From the NCBI GenBank assembly GCA_001938485.1, contig MQRK01244405.1, positions 27,215 through 86,167 of the forward strand: a DNA stretch of 58,953 nucleotides, written 5' to 3'. Made by a program: the position numbers and the translations under genes. The stretch comes from Girardia tigrina. Taxonomy: Eukaryota. Under the pieces are notes generated by a model. The model worked only from the letters and a program-made list of their open reading frames with translations, searched no databases and was not told the origin of the DNA. Positions 50,706-58,953 of this stretch are shown here, piece by piece. The number at the start of each line of letters is the position of its first letter. Position 1 is the stretch's first letter.

Positions 50706-53700
50706 CAGTGGTTCCCAAAGTGGGCGCTACCGCCCCCTTGTGGGCGCTGCAGCAATCCAGAGGGGACGGTGATGGCCACAGACGGCATTTGGGGGCGATG
50801 AATATCTGTAAGGGGGCGGTGATAGTATAAAAGAAAGAAGAGAAGATTTAGAAAAATTGATTTATGTGATTGTTAGCGATTGAAACGGAAATGAATACAT
50901 TGGAAATAAAATGGAATAAAATCGAAAAAGAATAAATTAATTAATTAAAGTTAAAAAAATTTGAATAAAAAAAATTTTAAAACAAGTAAAGTTTTGGTTC
51001 CTCAATTAAAAAAACATTAGGATATATAATAATTGTTTCTGTGTGATAATAGTGATTTTGTTTGAATAATAATAGTTAGGTGGTGAATTGAAACGTGAAA
51101 TAAATTTATTATCTCACAACCGCAAGGAAAGTTTTATTTAATTGACATATTCTTATTTGAATTAGGAAAGCTAACAGTTTGACAAGTTAAATTTACCTAA
51201 CAAATAGTGTGACTATAATTGGTGAGTATTATTCATTTATTTTGTAATAATTACATACGCTTTACAATTAATAATATCATGTNNNNNNNNNNNNNNNNNN
51301 NNNNNNNNNNNNNNNNNNNNNNNNNNNNNNNNAAATTTACCTAACAAATAGTGTGACTATAATTGGTGAGTATTATTCATTTATTTTGTAATAATTACAT
51401 ACGCTTTACAATTAATAATATCATGTTTATTTATTTCATCACTATTTATTTTTTTTTACACAAATATTTCAAAAAATTACTAAAAAAATATTATTAAATA
51501 AAAAAATTTAATTATTTTATTAAAAAAAATATTATTAAATAAAAAAATTTAATTATTTTGTTAAAAAAAATATTATTAAATACCTCCATAAGAATTTTTT
51601 TACAGATAATAATGGCTCAACTTAATTTTTTTTTTACAAAAATATTTCTAAAATTTACTAAAAATATATTATTAAAAATACCTCCATAAAAATATTCTTT
51701 TTTTACAGATAATAATGACTCAATCAAAGAAAAAATGTAGGCAATATAATATCGAATATTTGAAATATGGATTTATTGAGTCTCCTGTAAACAATACATT
51801 ACCAATGTGCCTGATTTGCCAGAAAGTTTTATCAAACGAAGCTATGAAGCNNNNNNNNNNNNNNNNNNNNNNNNNNNNNNNNNNNNNNNNNNNNNNNNNN
51901 NNNNNNNNNNNNNNNNNNNNNNNNNNNNNNNNNNNNNNNNNNNNNNNNNNNNNNNNNNNNNNNNNNNNNNNNNNNNNNNNNNCACCAGATGGCGATGGCT
52001 TGTTTGCTTCTTACAATATTTCGTTAATGATTGCCAAATCGGGAAAACCTCATACTATTGGCGAAGAACTAATTATACCTGCTATAAGTGAAGTAATACG
52101 TACTGTCCAACACAAGCCAGCATCTGATATTATCAAGAAAATTTCCTTGAGCAATAATACAGTGCAAAGAAGAATTGATGAAATGGCTCAAGATGTTGAA
52201 GATTCATTGTGTGGATATTTAAAAACATCTCGNTTTTCTATTCAACTTGATGAGTCAACTTTGCCAGGAAATGAAGCTTTACTTTTAGCATACGTACGGT
52301 TCACAAAGGAGGAACAAATTTGCCAAGAATTATTATTTGCAAAATTTTTGCAAACTGATACTAAAGGAGAATCAATATTTCATGCATTGTATGAGTTTTT
52401 TAAAGAAAAAGAAATACCTCTGAGTAATATCTTATCAGTATCTACAGATGGTGCTCCAGCGATGGTAAGGCGCTACAGAGGTTTTCTTGCATATTTAAAA
52501 AAGGAGGTGCCGAATGCACTCACAATACACTGTATCATCCATCGTCAACATCTAGTTGCAAAAAATTTAAGTTCCCGCCTACATAATTCATTACAATATG
52601 TAATTAAAGCTATCAACATCATCAGAAGCAAATCATTGAATGACAGATTATTTAAACAGCTTTGTATTGAAAACGATGAAGAATATAATCGTTTGCTGCT
52701 TTATACAGAAATTCGTTGGTTGTCAAGGGGTGCCTGTTTAGATAGGTTTTATAAACTGTGTAACTCAGTGCTGGATTTCTTGAAAGATAAAAATAATGCT
52801 TTACGATCCAATTTAATTCATTCTAAAAAGTGACATCGCTTACTTGACAGACTTGTTTCAAAAATTTAATGAAAGCAATCTTCAGCTTCAAGGTGATGCT
52901 GTGAATTTAATAAAAACAAAATCTGTTATTTCTGCATTTCTGACAAAACTTCTTCTGTACAAANNNNNNNNNNNNNNNNNNNNNNNNNNNNNNNNNNNNN
53001 NNNNNNNNNNNNNNNNNNNNNNNNNNNNNNNNNNNNNNNNNNNNNNNNNNNNNNNNNNNNNNNNNCATTCAGATTTTATTCAGCGATTTGATGATATTTT
53101 GAATATGAACATACCTGATTGGATTTTGAATCCTTTTTCAAGTACAAACACAGAAGAATCTCCACAGTTACAAATAGAACTGATAGAAGTAACTACAAAA
53201 GGATGAATTGAAATTTAAATTCAAAAGCGGCTGCCAACAATTCTGGCTGCAAAAGGAGATCCATACTGCTTATCCTGAAATATGGGCTGTAATTCAAAAG
53301 TTTTTAATTACATTTCCTTCATCATATTTAGTGGAACGTGGATTCAGTGTGGTAACCAATTTATTAACAAAAAAAAGAAACCAATTACAAATAGTCAATC
53401 GCGGTGATTTAAGATTACTGCTGACAAAAATAGAGCCGAGGATTACTAAATTGGTAGCAGCACACCAGGTTCATCCTTCTNNNNNNNNNNNNNNNNNNNN
53501 NNNNNNNNNNNNNNNNNNNNNNNNNNNNNNNNNNNNNNNNNNNNNNNNNNNNNNNNNNNNNNNNNNNNNNNNNNNNNNNNNNNNNNNNNNNTAACATTAT
53601 TTTGTTTTTTTATGTCAGTCGCAGTGACACATTGCTAGAGTACTAGTTCATACAATTCTCGAGAAAAAATAAGAGCGAGCCCTTTCTTAAAAATATCATA

Positions 53701-53884
53701 GCTCATCACTGCTGATATCGATCTACTTTCTCTAAGTTGATTCAAAAATTTTTTTATTAATTTCTAATTTATTTAATTAATTTAATTTTATTAATTAATT
53801 TTCCTCGAAATTAATTTTCAGGGGGCGCTAAGTAATATTTTTTCTGGAAAGGAGCCGGTAGGCCAAAAAGTTTGGGAACCTCTT
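50706..53884 (+). mobile_element. hAT Buster/Charlie-type transposon
   Basis: TIRs CAGTGGTTCCCAAA and TTTGGGAACCTCTT. Exact 8-bp TSD GTATAAAC with central TA. Confidence 0.95.
51715..53480 (+). pseudogene. Buster-type hAT transposase, disrupted
   Basis: BED finger start (PMCLIC), FSIQLDEST, TDGAPAM, HCIIHRQHL, YTEIRWLS, FPSSYLVERGFS. Contains stops, frameshifts and gaps. Confidence 0.92.
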
Positions 53885-54594
53885 GTATAAACGTTCGACA
53901 AATTACTAAATGAAAATTTAATTATGATTGTTAGAAGTCATATGTTTATTTTTATTATTTATTGTTCCAAAACTGTCAAAAATATTAATAATTAATTAAA
54001 TTAAAATAATTGAAAAGAAAATCATAGAAGTCAAGTAATATATTCATTTAATTTCCATAAGTTATATTTAATTTAATTACATAAATCCATGCAAAATGAT
54101 CCATCCATATCTAAACAGTTGGACAGAACCAATTGAAAAGATATAGGAATGACAGTACCGCTTGTTAGGATGTATTATATAGATAGACATATAAATAGAT
54201 AATAAAGGGGCATGAAAGTCAATCACATATGGATATTACTCATAAATGTCTCCACATAAAATAATCTCATACAAATGATAAAAATTCAAATTAAAATTTG
54301 AACACTTACTTGAATAACAGTTTTGAAAGAATTTCCGAGAAAATGTTTATAACTAAAAATCTCCAATTCAATTACAAAAATTATTAACAGTTTAATAATA
54401 ATAATAAGTTATAATTACATCGGATTAATATTTTCTAAATCCTTATGAGATTGTTGTTATTTTGGAGATATGTTTTTTATGTCTATGCAAATATAAAAAT
54501 ATTCAATCAAATATATAAAACAAAATTAATTTAGATTGTTTTTTAATTGAAATTATCCTTTTTATTCCAATGTTTTCCCTTCTTTTTTATTAGA

Positions 54595-55476
54595 CTATAT
54601 TTGATTTAAATTCATTTCTATTACTTCACTTGGTTTTCTTATTCGTACCTTTGAACCTAACATATCACAAACCCATTTGTCCCACGGTACAATTATTTGT
54701 TTCGGTGGTACTAAAATACGATTATGTTTATGAGCATCTTTCGGATACCAAATTAACGATTGAGCGGCATTGCAATGAGGGGGTCTCGTTGCAGCCGAAG
54801 GCAATTTATAAGAACGTTCTGGTTCCATTGTGATAATATTTTCATTTTGGCAGTCGGAAATGGTTTTTACTCTTTCACCTAGAGGCATGAATGGATCGAT
54901 TTTCATATACAGTTTATATTCCCATCGTAGTTTTTTCAATACCGATACTTCACTTGCACTACTACAACGTTTACCATGCTTGACTGCTACAACCCAAATT
55001 AGGAATTTTTGTTTTCTATTTATATCAGTTAACCACACTCCTCCGCTGTATGGTAACTCCCAAACAACAGAAGGATGAAAATAATCTTTTATTTGAAGAT
55101 TAAGTGAAGTTTTTCTAATCGGACCTTTCTTCAGATTATGTAAACTGTGACTGGCACTGTAAAATGGATACTGCCTTCCATCACTATCGTTTATCATTTT
55201 GCGTAAACCACTTTTCAATGGATGAAATTCCCACAACGAACTGCCTAATCCATCGTAATTATTTTCTAAATACATATGATCACAAGCCTGGACAAGACCT
55301 ATGGTCCAATCATGAGTCGCAACACATTGTGGTATTTCAATTTCCACTTTACAGTAAAACGTTTGAGTTTTATAGTATAGCATGGTTTCAGTTTCTTTAA
55401 TTTCTGTATTGACGGAATAATCAAAATATGCATTTACGTTTTTCAATTTTATTTTTTCCACTGAAAACTGAGACAT
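54595..55476 (-). CDS. FAM78: FAM78-family protein (293 aa, single ORF)
   Basis: Intact ORF. WTIGLVQACDHM, GSSLWEF, INDSDGRQYPFY, CNAAQSLIWYP and ILVPPK match the FAM78A/B motif pattern as I recall it. Confidence 0.88.
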   Translation of the reverse strand: MSQFSVEKIKLKNVNAYFDYSVNTEIKETETMLYYKTQTFYCKVEIEIPQCVATHDWTIGLVQACDHMYLENNYDGLGSSLWEFHPLKSGLRKMINDSDGRQYPFYSASHSLHNLKKGPIRKTSLNLQIKDYFHPSVVWELPYSGGVWLTDINRKQKFLIWVVAVKHGKRCSSASEVSVLKKLRWEYKLYMKIDPFMPLGERVKTISDCQNENIITMEPERSYKLPSAATRPPHCNAAQSLIWYPKDAHKHNRILVPPKQIIVPWDKWVCDMLGSKVRIRKPSEVIEMNLNQI

Positions 55477-57036
55477 TATAAACTCATGCTGAACTATTCA
55501 CTATGGAAGGTGATGATTCTTCTATGTGTTACATCATTTCAAATAAAATACATTGATAAATATTTATTAAATCAATCATTATTTATCAAATATAAATTTA
55601 GAAATGAACAAGCTTTTTAAAACATTTCAAATATCATTATTATTATCTTATGCTATCTTACTTTTCGACTTAATTGTTATTTTGTCTTTAAAAACTGTTA
55701 CCAAATCATATTTGAGAATTTTAATATTTGTCTCAAAAACAATATATTATATAGTGTGCTTCATTCAACAACAGGAGAATACAAAATTCTAACCTTAATA
55801 AAATTGTTTGAATTTAATTATCCAATGAAAAAAAAGTTGAAGATCTTTCAACAATCGCATTTATTAAAGGAATTAAAGTTGCACATACTCACACAAGTAT
55901 ATGCACACAAACACACATGCAAACATCAAAACATACAACACTATTAAATGCCATAATTGCAGCCACGTGCTGCTGTTAAATGAAACGAATTGTAATATAT
56001 CTTATTTTTTTAACGTTTTCCTAAAATAATTGCATAAAATAAAAATTAAAAATCACTTGGATAGTTTTTATATTTATCTCCTCCAGATTTCTAAATAATT
56101 GTGATAATAGATATAAGAGGATAATAAGATTGAAATCGTGATCCGACAAATTCGCGAAAATGTATTACATAACGAATGAGTAACTTTTATAAAAATTTAG
56201 TTAATATTAAGCCACTGAGTGCAAATAATCCTTAAATTGCAGTCCAGAGAGCATCTCTTAATTGTGCGGGAAGTATTCAGGTGACGAAGTGAATCGGTCG
56301 GTTGAATGGGCGCCACTAACCGGTCGAGTCCGATGGCCCCCGTTTGGCCCGTCGATAGGTATTGAATTCCCGTCCCATCGGTGATGGCCTCTCGTCCCGT
56401 CTCTCCGGCTCTATTGCAGTTGACGCCGCTCGGAATGGCGGGTAATGTGACCGCTCGTTGATCGGTGATCCGAATGTACGGCCGGTACGATCGCGTGGAT
56501 TTTTTATTGATAATTTTAAAATAGTAAGCGATCAATTGAATAGTTATTGCAGCAAAAAAGGAAAATAATATGACGACGAATATTTATTTTTTCAATTCAA
56601 ATTTTTTAAAAAATTGTTAGGTTATTCTTTAAATATTCTATAATAAGAGGAAAACAAGATTTTTTTACAAATATTTATTAAATAATAAATAGAAATCTCA
56701 TACAATAAATGCAAATAAATTTACAACATAAAGGAAAGAAAATCAATTTAATTTTATTCCCGTTTTAGCATGTATTTTATCATAATCAAACACTAAAGAT
56801 TTTATTTTTCTGCTCGGTTATGTATTTAATCATAACCAAACTACTATTATTTTATTTGGACCTGAACAACAATTTAGGCTGTTCAGGTAAAAAAATAAGC
56901 TAAATGATTTTAAAATATTTTATATAGATGCATCTTTTTTTTAAAAATATAACTTATAACTAATTTACCTCTAAAATTTTCCAATCCTGTTTTTTTCATT
57001 TTGAAATAATAAATGTGAAGGACAGGTTCACCTGAA

Positions 57037-58400
57037 GTGAAGGGATATGAAGCCCGTCTACGACAAGCTTTTCAGATGAAAAGCACGTTAATGGAGGATT
57101 TGATAGAAGTGGTAAACTTCGACAGATCTGGAGAATCAGTGGAGGAATTCTTCAATAAGGCAAAAAAGTTAGCGACAAAATTGATGAAACATGAGTGGAC
57201 AGAGACGGAGGTAGAGAAATGCCTTCTGATTCACGGGCCAAAAGATAGTGACGTGAAGAAAGAAATCAGATTTAGAGAAGTGAAAGAATTAATAGAAGTG
57301 AATGATGCCATTAAGAAAGTAGACGAAGTCCGGAAAATGGAAAAGCCGGTACACGCAATACGACCAACATAAAGAGATGTTGTCAAAATTGGCAAGACGA
57401 CGGAAATGGCTACAAGAAACATGTCGAGGAAAGGAGATACCTTCGGAAAATGGTCTTTTATGCAGAACAACATCACATGTTGGAACTGTAAGGAAGTAGG
57501 ACCTAAAAGCTTTGAATGTAAACGTCAGAGGAAGGTCACATGTCATGCATGTGGAGAAGATTGTCATGTGCGACGCGAATGCAAAAAAAGTAAGATGTGG
57601 AAGATGTAACAATCCAGGACATAGACCTGAGGAATGTTACACGAATTTGAATAAACGATTTCAAAGAAGAACGGATTATCAAAGGAGAACCCAAAGAGAT
57701 AGCCGACAATTCTCAAAAAGAAAAACAAAACGAAAAGCTCAGGAAACCGGAACTCAGGCGACTACAGAAGAGGATTCGAAAGAGCAACACAGATCGCGAA
57801 TGATGGAGAAGGAAGAATACTGAGAAGAGCGAGATCATATAGAAAAAAACGAATCGTGCCAAGACGACGAGGAACCGTTCTTGGCACTAGAGTATGTTTT
57901 CTTAAACACAGACCAGATCATATAAATTATATATAGTAGTAATAATTTGAATAATATGATTAAAATAAATAATAAATTAAATATAAGTAACATAAAATAT
58001 AAAATTAATAGAAATAAGTCAGAATTCATGAGTGAGCCGAACTTCTATCAGGAACCAGAAACAGGTCACAAAGTGGTAAAGTTCATAAATAGGATACGTA
58101 TGATGAAAGAGTATTGTTGATAATAACTAATTATGAAAATGTACCAATTGTATACAACAGATTAGAGGGTAGACCAAGTATCAGTCATGATTGAGGACAC
58201 AAATTGAATTCCTATTAGATACGGGAGCAGCCTTAAATGTGATGACCGAAGAAATACTTAAGAAACTAAAGAGCACACGAATGAAACAAACAAATCAGAA
58301 ATTGACAGCAGCAAATGGATTAAAAATGGATGTTAGAGGAGAAATAGAAACACTGATAAAATTGGGAAGAAATCAGAAAAAATAAGATTTATAATAGTTG
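57037..58400 (+). mobile_element. Ty3/Gypsy fragment (gag plus protease), decayed
   Basis: Gag with three Zn-knuckle-like motifs (CWNCKEVG, CHACGEDCHVRREC, CGRCNNPGHRPEEC) and protease FLLDTGA. Confidence 0.9.
57844..57887 (+). promoter_or_regulatory. Putative -1 ribosomal frameshift cassette
   Basis: Heptamer AAAAAAC, 5-nt spacer, perfect 9-bp stem GTGCCAAGA / TCTTGGCAC, located between gag and protease. Confidence 0.7.
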
Positions 58401-58662
58401 TTCCAGATTTGAATTAATATAAAAAAATTAAGGAAATAATTAACATTGAAATTATATGATATATATTTATATATGTATATTTATATATTTTATATAAGGA
58501 ATTTTATCGTTAGTAAAATTGTTGTTAAAATTCGTTTGTTTTAACGAATTATTAAAATTATTCTGTTGATATCTAATAAAGTTTAATTTGGAATATCGAT
58601 TTTTTTAATCATACTAATAAACAAATTATCCATCAGAATATTGTAGAAGAAACCATTTCAAC

Positions 58663-58953
58663 ATGCCTTGGCTTTTAACTAGGGAACTTTACGTTAATGG
58701 GTCTCAAAAATTAATGATAAATGCATTTAAATTGGCAATAGCATGTCAAGCTTTTTGGAATCTGTTGCAATCAGTTGGCAGAGATGGAAAATTGAATTTT
58801 AACTATGATTATCCGAAAGACCTAGAAATAATACTTCGATATGTTCATATCGGCGAAGTAGATGTGACTCGTCAAAATGTGGAATATCATGTTCTATATA
58901 CGAGCGAACAAACTGTTGCCGAACACAAACAAAGAGACCTAAAAATCTCGGAA
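58663..58953 (+). CDS. BTB/POZ-domain-like protein, partial (runs off the window)
   Basis: 97 codons with no stop; the frame is open from 58621. ELYVNG..NAFKLAIACQAFWNLL..PKDLEIILRYVHIGEVDVTRQNVE resembles the BTB consensus. Confidence 0.55.
   Translation, partial: MPWLLTRELYVNGSQKLMINAFKLAIACQAFWNLLQSVGRDGKLNFNYDYPKDLEIILRYVHIGEVDVTRQNVEYHVLYTSEQTVAEHKQRDLKISE

Noticed and set aside
51190-51426. Direct repeat of about 93 bp in the hAT 5' region
   Set aside because: It flanks a 50-N gap and is probably an assembly artefact.

Overview
AT-rich eukaryotic (animal) genomic DNA with several assembly gaps. The composition, the 45-95 nt introns and the transposon spectrum suggest a planarian flatworm, but that is an inference. 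I found three host-gene signals. (1) An 11-exon TOM1/TOM1L2-family gene (VHS+GAT) on the minus strand, 46687 to 18741. I assembled it by hand from GT-AG exons into a 448-aa frame, and most of it is invisible in the ORF track. (2) A single-ORF FAM78-family gene (54595-55476, minus). (3) A BTB/POZ-like ORF running off the right end. The rest is layered transposon debris: two hAT elements with 8-bp TSDs, a piggyBac remnant, two Gypsy elements plus a solo LTR and a decayed integrase, five large mariners plus fragments, MULE, Harbinger, pogo and Helitron-type remnants, and two Penelope-like elements. Signals worth follow-up are three minimal hammerhead ribozymes in the Penelope repeats (two in inverted orientation), parallel -1 frameshift cassettes in both Gypsy elements, a 104-bp patch copied from one mariner into its neighbour, an unexplained GC-rich three-way-junction sequence with UUCG and GCAA tetraloops, and a decayed C2H2 plus chromo-like ORF. 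I cannot show a definitively new biological system from the sequence alone.
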